Part shown: positions 19,375 to 28,774 of the stretch, piece by piece
Numbering within the stretch: the stretch's first letter is position 1
Layout of the letters: every line of letters begins with the position of its first letter
Assembly (NCBI GenBank): GCA_943348815.1
Contig: CALQYT010000002.1
Location: 37,129 to 101,128 of the forward strand
From: Candidatus Nomurabacteria bacterium
GTDB lineage: Bacteria > Patescibacteriota > Minisyncoccia > Phycocordibacterales > SBAW01
Reading direction: 5' to 3'
Length of the DNA stretch: 64,000 nucleotides
Notes under the pieces: model-generated
The model's input: the letters and a program-made list of their open reading frames with translations, nothing else
Databases searched by the model: none
What the model was told of the DNA's origin: nothing
Translations under genes and position numbers: made by a program

Positions 19375-19393
19375 AAACAGGCCGTTAGGCCTG

Positions 19394-20065
19394 CTATAGA
19401 ACACGGTTTCGATAGGCTGGTGTGCCAACTTGGCTATTGGACCGGTTTAGAAAGTGCCACCGAAGTAGCGGTTCCTTATAAGGTCCATTGAGATAGATTG
19501 CCGGAACGGCTTTTTCGCCGGGAGGAGCTACCAAACGGTAGCGAGACTTTGCGGCGACAACCCCGTGTCGAGTAAGCACCGAAGTATGCGTACATAGGGC
19601 GATGATCTCGTAGAGATTCATTACCCAGCGTCCTTGGTTGGCGATCCCGTCGGCCGCAACCGACGGAGGCATGCCACAGATGGTATCGCCATCCGTTGGG
19701 CGCACAAGATAGTACGGTGTGGACGGTACCATTGCCCCAACTTCTGGTATTAGCATTTTCGGGTTGAAGTCAGTTGTCCCAGTTTTACCAGTGAAGCTCA
19801 CCACCAATTGCATCTGTTGGACGCTGCTGAGCAATGAGGGTGGGATAACCGGAATAAATGGGACGACGTCTGGACGGTCATGTCTCATACGGACATTGGC
19901 CGCACTAGTGAGCACCGCCGTTTTTTTAACCGCCAGCAGTTCAAGAAGATTTTTCGGCGCCCCTCTTCTTTCTAATGTTTCCAATTGTCCGTCGAATAGT
20001 TGGTCGTAGCGACTATGTCGCGCCGATTGGGTTGGCAAGGTGGTCGTGCCATAGGTTTGGGCCAT
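19394..20065 (-). CDS. orphan hypothetical protein
   Basis: 223-aa ORF with AGGAG SD and hairpin terminator at ~19374-19394. Confidence 0.55.
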   Translation of the reverse strand: MAQTYGTTTLPTQSARHSRYDQLFDGQLETLERRGAPKNLLELLAVKKTAVLTSAANVRMRHDRPDVVPFIPVIPPSLLSSVQQMQLVVSFTGKTGTTDFNPKMLIPEVGAMVPSTPYYLVRPTDGDTICGMPPSVAADGIANQGRWVMNLYEIIALCTHTSVLTRHGVVAAKSRYRLVAPPGEKAVPAIYLNGPYKEPLLRWHFLNRSNSQVGTPAYRNRVL

Positions 20066-20130
20066 AGAAAGCTCCTGAGGCCGTTTGAGTGGTTACGATA
20101 GGAACTACTTAAATGCTAAAATAGCATGGT

Positions 20131-20613
20131 ATGGACCGGGAAACCATAGTTTTTGGCGGGGGATGTTTTTGGTGCACTGAGACCGTATTTTTGATGATCA
20201 GAGGTGTCGAGAGTGTAGAGCCAGGATATGCAGGCTCGCCGAAGGCCGAGGTGGTAGAAATAAAATACGATCCCGATGTAATTTCATTTGAGGAACTACT
20301 ACAAATTTATTTTTCGACCCACGACGCCACTTTGCTTAATCGCCAAGGGGCTGATGTAGGGACACAATATCGCTCGATAATTTTGTATACCACCGAGCGA
20401 CAGCGCGAAAAGGCTCAACATTATATTGACGTAATAAATAAATCTGCAACTCAGCGTTTGGTTACCGAAGTGCAAAAACTTGACCGGTTTATACCTGCAG
20501 AGGAATATCACAAAAACTTTTACCAAAGCGGCCAACGTCCTGATTATTGCGAGCTTGTTATAGACCCAAAAATAGATAAAGTGCGGGCAAAGTTTAAACA
20601 TCTTTTAAAATAA
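20131..20613 (+). CDS. msrA: peptide-methionine (S)-S-oxide reductase
   Basis: GGCFWC, GYAG, NRQGADVGTQYRS, AEEYH. Confidence 0.9.
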   Translation: MDRETIVFGGGCFWCTETVFLMIRGVESVEPGYAGSPKAEVVEIKYDPDVISFEELLQIYFSTHDATLLNRQGADVGTQYRSIILYTTERQREKAQHYIDVINKSATQRLVTEVQKLDRFIPAEEYHKNFYQSGQRPDYCELVIDPKIDKVRAKFKHLLK

Positions 20614-20975
20614 TGACCCGCGAGGAGTTTGAAAAAATAATCGAGCAGGAGTTTGAGCAGGCTATACCGGAGAAATTTCGGCCACATATTAAAAACGTTG
20701 CTTTTTTGGTAGAGGACGAAGCATCGGGCAAAGATTTGCTTGGGTTTTATCACGGTGTCCCCACCCCCGAACGTGGCGATTGGTACGGCATGGGTACCAC
20801 GATGCCCGACACGATTACCCTCTACCAAAAAACTATCGAGGAGCACGCGCGCGAAACAGGCACTCCGGTAGCCCAGGTAATCCGCGAAACCATCTGGCAC
20901 GAAGTGGCCCATTTGTTTGGGATGGACGAACACGAAGTTAGGCAGCGCGAAAGCAAAAGGGATCTGCTAGAATAG
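20613..20975 (+). CDS. zincin-like metallopeptidase (DUF1025 type)
   Basis: LLGFYHG, PDTITLY, HEVAHLFG. Confidence 0.8.
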   Translation: MTREEFEKIIEQEFEQAIPEKFRPHIKNVAFLVEDEASGKDLLGFYHGVPTPERGDWYGMGTTMPDTITLYQKTIEEHARETGTPVAQVIRETIWHEVAHLFGMDEHEVRQRESKRDLLE

Positions 20976-20980
20976 GGGGC

Positions 20981-21547
20981 ATGAAATGGCTTGCAGCGGT
21001 TGTGATACTACTTGCGGTTGCGGTTGCAGCCTATGCTATTTCGGTTAATAAAACCCGCTATAACGTGCCTAGCGACACAACCACCACCGTGCCGGGACAA
21101 AGTTATTTCTCCTCCGAACCGCTCCACTTAAGTTTTTCGTACCCCTCTCTATATGAGGCGACAACTACTCAATTGAATAATGGAAAAGATTCGTGGGATG
21201 TCGTGACCCTGGTACCCAAAGGTTATGTTGCTCCCGAAAATGGTGATGGTCCGGCGGCGATAAGTGTGCAGGTGATCCCCAATAATAAAAAACTTTCGGT
21301 CGAGCAGTGGATTATGAAAGATGCGCGTTCAAACTGGAAGTTGGCCACCGACCCAGGCGGCTTGGGCTCTACAACGGTGGGTGGCGAGGCGGGGATGGCA
21401 TACAAATACTCAGGCCTCTATAACACTTCGGCGGTAGTGGTGGCACACGGCGGCTCGATCTACTTCTTTACGGGTGAGTGGAACTCATCGGAAGATAGAT
21501 TGTATGCGGATTTCCAAACGACGCTGCAGTCGGTTAAATTTAATTAA
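20981..21547 (+). CDS. exported PsbP-like hypothetical protein
   Basis: signal/TM segment, LSFSYP, TTVGGEAG, C-terminal F..TLQSVKF. Confidence 0.55.
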   Translation: MKWLAAVVILLAVAVAAYAISVNKTRYNVPSDTTTTVPGQSYFSSEPLHLSFSYPSLYEATTTQLNNGKDSWDVVTLVPKGYVAPENGDGPAAISVQVIPNNKKLSVEQWIMKDARSNWKLATDPGGLGSTTVGGEAGMAYKYSGLYNTSAVVVAHGGSIYFFTGEWNSSEDRLYADFQTTLQSVKFN

Positions 21548-21558
21548 CTGAAATTAGT

Positions 21559-21996
21559 ATGGATAATAAAATTTCTATCACTCCTTATATTTTGCTTGCG
21601 CTTGCCATGATTGGTCTCGGCGACACCCTTTATCTTTCGTACTTTCAATATTTAAATTTGGTTCCGACCTGTGCGATAAGCGGCTGCGAGATAGTGCTCA
21701 CCAGCGCACAGTCAAAGTTTTTTGGTGTGCCATGGAGCTACCTTGGGTTGGTCTACTACGCCTATATGTTTTGTCTTGCCCTGCTGCTGTGCATCGAACC
21801 GCGCTCGTGGGCGCTCCGGTTTGGAACGTTGGTCTATGCCGGGATAGGATTGCTGTACTCGATTTGGGCGATTTTTTATATCGAACTTATGGTGATTCAT
21901 GCACTCTGTCAGTACTGCGCAATCTCGGCAGTCACCACGTTGCTATTGTTTGCAGTAGCGGTATGGCATTGGCGCGCTAGTACGCAGGGCGTCTAA
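21559..21996 (+). CDS. vitamin K epoxide reductase family protein
   Basis: C....CEIVLTS..SKFFGVP, CQYC. Confidence 0.88.
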   Translation: MDNKISITPYILLALAMIGLGDTLYLSYFQYLNLVPTCAISGCEIVLTSAQSKFFGVPWSYLGLVYYAYMFCLALLLCIEPRSWALRFGTLVYAGIGLLYSIWAIFYIELMVIHALCQYCAISAVTTLLLFAVAVWHWRASTQGV

Positions 21997-22621
21997 AGCG
22001 CCGCACGATTCGCCAGAGCACGTACAAAAATATAATCGCGATCAGCGGATAAAACACCGCGGCGCTGCCGACAATAAACCGCAAGAGAGTTAGAAGGTAT
22101 AGGTAAAGTGTTTGCAAGATATACCAAAACGTACCCATCGGATCTGAGGCGGCATTTTTAGTTTGTTGGGCGCTCAAGACGTCGCCTACATTCCCGGCAC
22201 TGGGGCCCAGGCGTGTTTTGGTTTGAACAATCTGATTGTCGAGCGCATCGGCAGTCGCGTTGCGTCCGCCGTCGACCATCACAAAAAACGGCGCCACGGT
22301 GCTGGCTGCCGTGGGGGAGAAGCTCGCAATACCTTGCTGTATCGGTTGTGATGATTCCACGGCGGCCGGTTGGCTAGCCGGGGGAGGCGGAGGAGGCGGC
22401 TTTGGTGAGACGTAAAAGGTAATGGTGACTGGCACAGCTCCTGCAGTTTTGGTTTCGCTCAACTGAAAATCCTCACTATTTTTTGCCGATACCGCGGCAG
22501 TGACCGGCACCCTCGTGCCATTAACCGTAGCGGTTTGGGACAGCGTCAGTTCGGTCGAGGTGCTGGCTGCGAGCGCAAACGCGGGCAGGAACAACAAGGC
22601 AAGAACCGGGGCCAACTTCAT
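21977..22621 (-). CDS. membrane-anchored hypothetical protein
   Basis: signal peptide, Pro tract, C-terminal TM segments. Confidence 0.6.
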   Translation of the reverse strand: MKLAPVLALLFLPAFALAASTSTELTLSQTATVNGTRVPVTAAVSAKNSEDFQLSETKTAGAVPVTITFYVSPKPPPPPPPASQPAAVESSQPIQQGIASFSPTAASTVAPFFVMVDGGRNATADALDNQIVQTKTRLGPSAGNVGDVLSAQQTKNAASDPMGTFWYILQTLYLYLLTLLRFIVGSAAVFYPLIAIIFLYVLWRIVRRFRRPAY

Positions 22622-22635
22622 GCTAAAATTTTACC
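22622..22635. promoter_or_regulatory. symmetric bidirectional -10 element for two leaderless genes
   Basis: CAT-GCTAAAATTTTACC-ATG: TAAAAT + 6 nt + ATG on both strands. Confidence 0.65.
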
Positions 22636-23535
22636 ATGTCATTTTGGAGCAAGGGCCCTCTTGTACCCTCGCGCGACAACGCCTACCGACCCCACTTGTT
22701 GCGCCGCGGGCCGCTCCTGTGCCTACTCGGCTTAGCCCTGTTGACCGAGGCGCTATTGGTGGGTAATTTGCTGCTGCGCCCCGGGCACGACTTTTTGGCC
22801 GCCGTAGTACAGAGCGAAATTTTGACCCTCACTAACACCGAGCGGGTCGACAACCATGTTGGTATGCTCACCGAAAGTGAGCTCTTGGACAAATCGGCGC
22901 AAGCCAAAGCCGACGACATGGCGGCCAAGGGATACTTCGCGCATGTGAGCCCCGACGGCAAACAACCGTGGGATTTTATTACCAACGCCGGATATGACTA
23001 CCACTATGCGGGCGAAAATTTGGCCGTGCGTTTTGTCGATTCTAAAGATGTCGTGGATGCGTGGATGGCATCGCCCTCGCACAAAGCCAATATTGTTAAG
23101 GGGGCGTATCGCGAAATAGGCGTTGGCGTTGCGCAAGGGACCTACAAAGGCGAGCCGGCGACCTTTGTCGTTGAGCATTTTGCCAGCCCTTCGGGTGTAG
23201 TGCTTGGGGCGCAAGTGGCGCAACTCAACAACTCGATTGTGCGACAAGTTGGCCGATTGTTTGCCGAGCCGCGCACCACGACCGCATGGGTATTGGGCGG
23301 CATTGCAGTCCTCCTGCTGGTCGCGTTGGCGTTTGCCTTCTTTCATCACATACAAATTCAGGCATACGATCTGCTTGTCCCCGGCGGGGTAGTGGCCGCA
23401 GTGGTGCTTGTCCTGCTGGTGCTTAATGCTAATGCGCTTTCAGCCCCAGCTACCCAGACTGCCAGCGTGGCCGGGAGTGTCGATACATCCGCCGCGGTGG
23501 TTATCAACGCGGCAGCGGCGAGCACTTTGCGGTAG
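22636..23535 (+). CDS. CAP (SCP) domain membrane protein
   Basis: LTNTER, AQAKADDM..KGYFAH, GENLA, WMASPSHKANI, EIGVG. Confidence 0.88.
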   Translation: MSFWSKGPLVPSRDNAYRPHLLRRGPLLCLLGLALLTEALLVGNLLLRPGHDFLAAVVQSEILTLTNTERVDNHVGMLTESELLDKSAQAKADDMAAKGYFAHVSPDGKQPWDFITNAGYDYHYAGENLAVRFVDSKDVVDAWMASPSHKANIVKGAYREIGVGVAQGTYKGEPATFVVEHFASPSGVVLGAQVAQLNNSIVRQVGRLFAEPRTTTAWVLGGIAVLLLVALAFAFFHHIQIQAYDLLVPGGVVAAVVLVLLVLNANALSAPATQTASVAGSVDTSAAVVINAAAASTLR

Positions 23536-23550
23536 TGCTATACTCTTGCT

Positions 23551-23994
23551 ATGTCAAAACAGTTACAAGTTGGGATAGCGATTGCCGCGGGTCTTGCGGT
23601 GGTTGGGTTTTTCTTTTTATATCAGCAATTTAATGTAGGCAGCATGTTGACCCCTAGTTCCTCCGCAGATAATTCTTCGCTTGTGGTCCAAGACGAGGCA
23701 GCGGGTTCTGGTTCTGAGGCACAGGTTGGCGATACGGTTACGGTCAATTACACCGGTAAATTTGAAAACGGCACGGTCTTTGACACTTCGGTGGGCAAAC
23801 AACCGTTTAGCTTTCAGCTTGGCGCGGGGAACGTAATCCCCGGTTGGGATCAAGGCTTAGTGGGCATGAAAGTTGGCGGCAAGCGCATGCTCATTGTGCC
23901 GCCCTCGCTCGCGTATGGCTCTCAAGATTATGGCCCGATTCCGGCTAACTCCACATTGATTTTTGAGGTAGAGTTGGTGAGTGTCAAAAAGTAA
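23551..23994 (+). CDS. FKBP-type peptidyl-prolyl isomerase
   Basis: VNYTG...FDTS, VIPGWDQG, LAYG, LIFEVEL. Confidence 0.93.
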   Translation: MSKQLQVGIAIAAGLAVVGFFFLYQQFNVGSMLTPSSSADNSSLVVQDEAAGSGSEAQVGDTVTVNYTGKFENGTVFDTSVGKQPFSFQLGAGNVIPGWDQGLVGMKVGGKRMLIVPPSLAYGSQDYGPIPANSTLIFEVELVSVKK

Positions 23995-25192
23995 ATTAGC
24001 AATTTTGCATCGCGGACCGGGGCTTGCCCGGGCTGGCGTGCTGCATACCCCGCACGGTGACATACAGACGCCGGCGTTTGTTGCCGTATCCACCAAGGCC
24101 GATGTTAAAGGCGTGCCCGCGACGCGTTTTGGCGAGCTGGGGATACAAACGATTATTGCTAACACGTACCACCTCTACCTTTCGGGGTTAGAGGCGATAG
24201 AGAAAGCGGGCGGGGTCGCCAAGTTTATGGGCTTTAATGGCCCTACGATGACCGACTCGGGCGGGTTTCAGGTATTTTCGCTCGGTGCCGGGTTTGGTAA
24301 AAAACTTTCTAAATTTTTGCCCGAGCAAGCTTCGCCCGAAGAGGCGATAAGCGTGTACGACGAAGAATTGGCAACCAGCCACGGCAAGCTCGCAATAATC
24401 GACGAAGAAGGGGTTTCGTTTACCTCGCATCTCGACGGCTCGCTGCATCGCTTTACTCCCGAGCGTTCGATAGAAATCCAGCACCAACTTGGCGCCGATA
24501 TTATTTTTGCGTTCGACGAATGCACGTCGCCCACGGCCGATCATGCCTACCAAAAAGAGGCAATGGACAGGACACACCGTTGGGCCGACCGGAGTTTAAA
24601 AGCGCACCGGCAAAATATTGAAAAAGATTCAGAGCAGGCGCTCTACGGGATAGTACAGGGTGGACGTTTTGAAGATTTGCGATTGGAGAGTGCACAGTAT
24701 TTAGCGGCAAAAGATTTCGATGGTTACGGCATCGGCGGTTCGTTTTCTAAAGATGATATTTTGGGAATTTTAGATAAGGTTAACCGCGAGTTGCCCGAAG
24801 ATAAACCGCGTCACTTGTTGGGCATTGGCGAGCCGGAGGATTTGTTTATTGGTGTCGCGGCAGGCGTCGACACCTTTGATTGCGTGCTGCCAACGCGCAA
24901 TGGTCGCACGGGTGGGATTTATACGAAACGCGGCAAAATCCAGATCCCCAATGCGGGATATCAATATGATTTTGGGCCACTAGACGAAGGGTGCGAGTGT
25001 TCGGTATGTCAAAATCATACGCGCGCCTATGTACACCACTTGTTTAGAACGCACGAAATGCTTGGGCCAATTTTGGCGAGCATGCACAACCTCTACTTTC
25101 TCACCACCCTCACCAAAAATATTAGAGAGAGTATTCTTAAGGGGAATTTCGAGGTGTTTCGTGATGACTTCTTGTCAAAGTATAAGAAATAA
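23981..25192 (+). CDS. tgt: tRNA-guanine transglycosylase
   Basis: ANTYHL, TDSGGFQVFSL, GIVQGG, DTFDCV.PTR, CxCxxC...H zinc site. Confidence 0.93.
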   Translation: MSKSKLAILHRGPGLARAGVLHTPHGDIQTPAFVAVSTKADVKGVPATRFGELGIQTIIANTYHLYLSGLEAIEKAGGVAKFMGFNGPTMTDSGGFQVFSLGAGFGKKLSKFLPEQASPEEAISVYDEELATSHGKLAIIDEEGVSFTSHLDGSLHRFTPERSIEIQHQLGADIIFAFDECTSPTADHAYQKEAMDRTHRWADRSLKAHRQNIEKDSEQALYGIVQGGRFEDLRLESAQYLAAKDFDGYGIGGSFSKDDILGILDKVNRELPEDKPRHLLGIGEPEDLFIGVAAGVDTFDCVLPTRNGRTGGIYTKRGKIQIPNAGYQYDFGPLDEGCECSVCQNHTRAYVHHLFRTHEMLGPILASMHNLYFLTTLTKNIRESILKGNFEVFRDDFLSKYKK

Positions 25193-25203
25193 GATTTAGT
25201 GAG

Positions 25204-25662
25204 GTGGGGAGAAAGCGAGGTGTTGACGTGGATCTTTCAAAGATCATGACTCCTAGCATGATTGTATTACGATTCGAACGTGGCCGGAAAGATGCCAAAC
25301 TGTTTGGACTTCGTTATCTTTGGAAACGAGGAGATGGTGAGGCAACCTACGACGCAGTCGAATTCGAGACCGGGAAAGACTGTCAGGTGACTTTGAAAAC
25401 CGAAGGTCCTGCCGTAGTTGTCGGCGACGAAGACATTGCCGGCGAATATTCCGAAGCAGTCTATCCGTGGGAAGAACGCCTCATGGTGCAAGACTTTGCT
25501 AGCGGATGGGGTGCACGGCAGCGTGCAGTCGAAAAGGCCAATCAAGGCCTCCGGGACTATATCCGGAATGCCCGTAACTTTTGCTCCGCAATGAACCTCA
25601 CCCCTAGCCCTTTCATGGAAAAAGAGTACAAGGAGAAGTGTTTGGGGAAAGGTCGAGTTTAG
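25204..25662 (+). CDS. orphan hypothetical protein
   Basis: 152-aa ORF ending in terminator AGCCGATGAC..GTCGTCGGCTTTTT. Confidence 0.5.
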   Translation: MGRKRGVDVDLSKIMTPSMIVLRFERGRKDAKLFGLRYLWKRGDGEATYDAVEFETGKDCQVTLKTEGPAVVVGDEDIAGEYSEAVYPWEERLMVQDFASGWGARQRAVEKANQGLRDYIRNARNFCSAMNLTPSPFMEKEYKEKCLGKGRV

Positions 25663-25705
25663 CCGATGACTATGTCGTCGGCTTTTTGTTCTCGGGTTGC
25701 TCATT

Positions 25706-25728
25706 TGAGCGAGGTCGAACCTCGCTCA
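25706..25728. repeat. REP palindrome of the RAYT
   Basis: TGAGCGAGGTCGAACCTCGCTCA. Confidence 0.9.
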
Positions 25729-26167
25729 CTTCCGTAACCTATCCATCCTTGTATTTCTTTTTTGAACTCTTTGGGCGTAGGAAAATAATTCGGCAACACA
25801 GTTTTGTTTAATATTTTTCCTTGGGGACGCAATATGCCAGCAAGATCTGAGTAGCTTGAATATGGATAGTCGTCTAAAGTAACCCTTTCCTTTGGATTAA
25901 TTGGATTAAGGTGTATGTAAGCAATTAAATATTTTAAATATCGATCTTCTCCTGCATGTACAGATTTAAATTTTCCTTGAAACAATGCGCCAGTACGTTC
26001 GTTTTTGGTATTGAAATACATGGTGTATGCTGTTACAAGTTTTTGCATAAATCGACTGATACCGTTATCAACTTGTTGATGTAGTAAAAGATGGAAATGG
26101 TTAGGCATAAGACAGTAGCTAACAATAGCGACCAAAGGCTCGTTTCGGTCAACTTCGAGCGCACGAG

Positions 26168-26190
26168 TGAGTAAGGTCGAGCCTCGTTCA
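26168..26190. repeat. degenerate REP inside the RAYT gene
   Basis: TGAGTAAGGTCGAGCCTCGTTCA, encodes SERGSTLL. Confidence 0.75.
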
Positions 26191-26372
26191 GAGCGGCGGA
26201 TATTTTCTATCTTTATAGATTCGGAACTGTTGGCTAAATACAAGAGGGAAAGAAAACGTTCGTAATCAGTTTTTGTAAGAAAAATTTTGCGTTTTTCGGT
26301 GCCGCGATTATAGATGTGGTAAAACTCGCCCTTACTTAGAGGAGGTCTATTTCCCATATCAATACTTTACCA

Positions 26373-26395
26373 TGAGCGAGGTCGAACCTCGCTCA
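26373..26395. repeat. REP palindrome of the RAYT
   Basis: identical to 25706-25728. Confidence 0.9.
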
Positions 26396-26439
26396 AATAT
26401 AACACCCGAATTATATGAAATATGCTAAAGTAGTTTTTC

Positions 26440-28443
26440 ATGGGGAAGTTTAAACTTAAAACACCACACCGGCCGGCGGGGGATCAGCCCAAGGCTATTG
26501 AGGCTTTGGTTAAGGGGCTCGAGCGCGGCGAGCGGCACCAAACGCTGCTGGGCGTCACCGGCTCGGGCAAGACCTTCACCGTGGCCAATGTTATAGAAGC
26601 GGTACAAAAGCCGACCCTCGTTATTGCGCACAACAAAACGCTCGCGGCACAGTTGGCGCAGGAATACCGCGAGTTTTTCCCCGATGCAGCCGTGCATTAT
26701 TTTGTTTCCTACTACGATTACTACCAACCCGAGGCCTACATCGCGCACTCGGATACGTATATAGAGAAGGAGGCGCAGATTAACGAAGAGATCGAGCGCC
26801 TGCGCCATGCCTCTACCCAAGCCCTGCTCACGCGTAACGATGTCATCGTGGTCGCGTCGGTGTCCTGCATTTATGGTTTAGGGAGCCCGGATGAATATCG
26901 CAAAGTGCATTTGGAATTAAAGGCGGGTGTGGCAAAAAATCGTTCAGAATTAATTCGCGAACTCATTGGCGTGTACTTTGAGCGCACCAATGCCGACCTT
27001 ACGCCGGGCACCTTTCGTGCAATCGGCAACAGTGTGGAGATTATGCCGACCGGCGAGCGGGTTTTGTATCGTGTCGAGTTTTTGGGGGAGAAGATAGAAA
27101 AGTTGCGCGTTATTGATGCTATTACGCGCGAGGAAAAATCTGCGCCAGACTCGATATTTTTGTTCCCCGCCAAACATTATGTAACCCCCGAAGATGAGCG
27201 CGACCGCGCTATTGCCGACATTCGTGCCGAGCTTAAGGAGCAGCTGGCAAAGCTTGAGCGTAAAGGCAAATTGCTAGAGGCCGAACGTCTGAAGCGCCGC
27301 ACCAACTACGACTTGGCGATGATACGCGAGCTTGGCTACTGCAACGGGATCGAAAATTACTCGCGCCACTTTGACGGTCGCAAACCGGGCGAACCGCCCT
27401 ACACCTTGTTGAGTTATTTCCCCGAAGGATTTTTGACGGTGATAGACGAAAGTCATGTAACCGTGCCGCAGATTGGCGGTATGTATAATGGCGATCGCGC
27501 ACGCAAAGAAACGTTGATCGACTTTGGATTCCGTTTGCCGAGCGCCGTCGACAACCGCCCCCTGCAGTTTGAAGAGTTTGAAGAGCGGGTGGGACAGGTG
27601 ATTTATACTTCGGCGACACCCAGCACCTACGAAAAAGAAAAATCGGGCAAAAATATTGTCGAGCAGATTGTGCGCCCCACCGGACTTTTAGATCCGATTA
27701 TAGACATCCGTCCGGTTATTGCGCAAAAAAATTATCCGGGCCAGGTGCAAGATGCGATAGAAGAAATTACAAAAGTTGTTAAAAATGGCAACCGCGTGTT
27801 GGTCACGACACTCACTAAAAAAATGGCCGAAGATTTGAATGACTATTTGAAAGAACGCAAGATCAAATCAACCTACTTGCATAGCGATGTTGAAACGCTT
27901 GAGCGTATCGAGATACTCACGAGCTTGCGTCGCGGCGAGTACGATGTGTTGGTGGGGGTTAACTTGTTGCGCGAGGGGCTCGACTTGCCCGAGGTTGAGT
28001 TGGTGGCGATTTTAGATGCCGACAAATCCGGATTTTTGCGCAGCGAAGTCTCGCTGATACAAACGATTGGCCGCGCCGCGCGCAACTCGGCCGGCCGCGT
28101 GGTGTTGTATGCCGATGAAGAAACGCCCGCGCTCAAAGTAGCGGTGAGCGAAACACGCCGCCGCCGCGCTGCACAAGAGTTGTATAACAAAGAGCACGGC
28201 ATCACGCCCACGACGATCAAGAAAAATATCAAAGATATTACCGAGGAGTTGCGTAGCGAACATAGCAAGGCGGTGGTGGGGATGTTGGAGGTAGACAAAC
28301 AACTGTACAAAGAAAATCCAAAGAAATTTATTACCGCGAAGCGCCGCGAGATGGCCGATGCGGTCAAAGAGCTTGACTTCGAAACCGCAGCGCTAATCCG
28401 CGATGAGCTGTATGCTTTAACAGGCGGGAAGAAAAAGAAATGA
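26440..28443 (+). CDS. uvrB: excinuclease ABC subunit B
   Basis: GVTGSGKT, YYDYYQPEAY, DESH, NLLREGLDLPEV, QTIGRAARN. Confidence 0.97.
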   Translation: MGKFKLKTPHRPAGDQPKAIEALVKGLERGERHQTLLGVTGSGKTFTVANVIEAVQKPTLVIAHNKTLAAQLAQEYREFFPDAAVHYFVSYYDYYQPEAYIAHSDTYIEKEAQINEEIERLRHASTQALLTRNDVIVVASVSCIYGLGSPDEYRKVHLELKAGVAKNRSELIRELIGVYFERTNADLTPGTFRAIGNSVEIMPTGERVLYRVEFLGEKIEKLRVIDAITREEKSAPDSIFLFPAKHYVTPEDERDRAIADIRAELKEQLAKLERKGKLLEAERLKRRTNYDLAMIRELGYCNGIENYSRHFDGRKPGEPPYTLLSYFPEGFLTVIDESHVTVPQIGGMYNGDRARKETLIDFGFRLPSAVDNRPLQFEEFEERVGQVIYTSATPSTYEKEKSGKNIVEQIVRPTGLLDPIIDIRPVIAQKNYPGQVQDAIEEITKVVKNGNRVLVTTLTKKMAEDLNDYLKERKIKSTYLHSDVETLERIEILTSLRRGEYDVLVGVNLLREGLDLPEVELVAILDADKSGFLRSEVSLIQTIGRAARNSAGRVVLYADEETPALKVAVSETRRRRAAQELYNKEHGITPTTIKKNIKDITEELRSEHSKAVVGMLEVDKQLYKENPKKFITAKRREMADAVKELDFETAALIRDELYALTGGKKKK

Positions 28444-28444
28444 A

Positions 28445-28482
28445 AAACAAAAAGACTACGATATATCGTAGTCTTTTTGTTT
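28445..28482. terminator. bidirectional terminator (38-bp perfect palindrome)
   Basis: AAACAAAAAGACTACGATA|TATCGTAGTCTTTTTGTTT between convergent genes. Confidence 0.8.
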
Positions 28483-28496
28483 GTTGAACGGAATAC

Positions 28497-28685
28497 TTAT
28501 CTCCAGTGGCGGTAGCCGGAGTAGGCCAAGAAGAGCGCCACTATCGCGACAACCCAAGACACCTCAACCGGCACCACCCAGCCCATAAGGTTTACCGGGA
28601 GCGAGTAAAATGCGCGATACAAATGCACGAGACCAACAATAGTAAAGATGACCGTTGCCACCTGCACAAAAGTACTTTTATCCAT
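28497..28685 (-). CDS. small two-TM membrane protein
   Basis: IF.IVGLVHLYR...GW.VP..VSW pattern. Confidence 0.65.
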   Translation of the reverse strand: MDKSTFVQVATVIFTIVGLVHLYRAFYSLPVNLMGWVVPVEVSWVVAIVALFLAYSGYRHWR

Positions 28686-28774
28686 ATGCACTATAGTGTA
28701 CCGCTCATAATTTTTTTGAAGTGCGTGGTTGTGTATAAGTCAAAAACAAAAAAAACAGACGGAGTCACCGTCTG

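Larger units (their letters stand above)
25701..26357 (-). mobile_element. REP-associated tyrosine transposase (RAYT, Y1_Tnp/HUH family)
   Basis: FYHIYNRG, CLMPNHFHLL (HUH), LFQGKFK, YIHLNP; flanked by identical palindromes. Confidence 0.9.
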
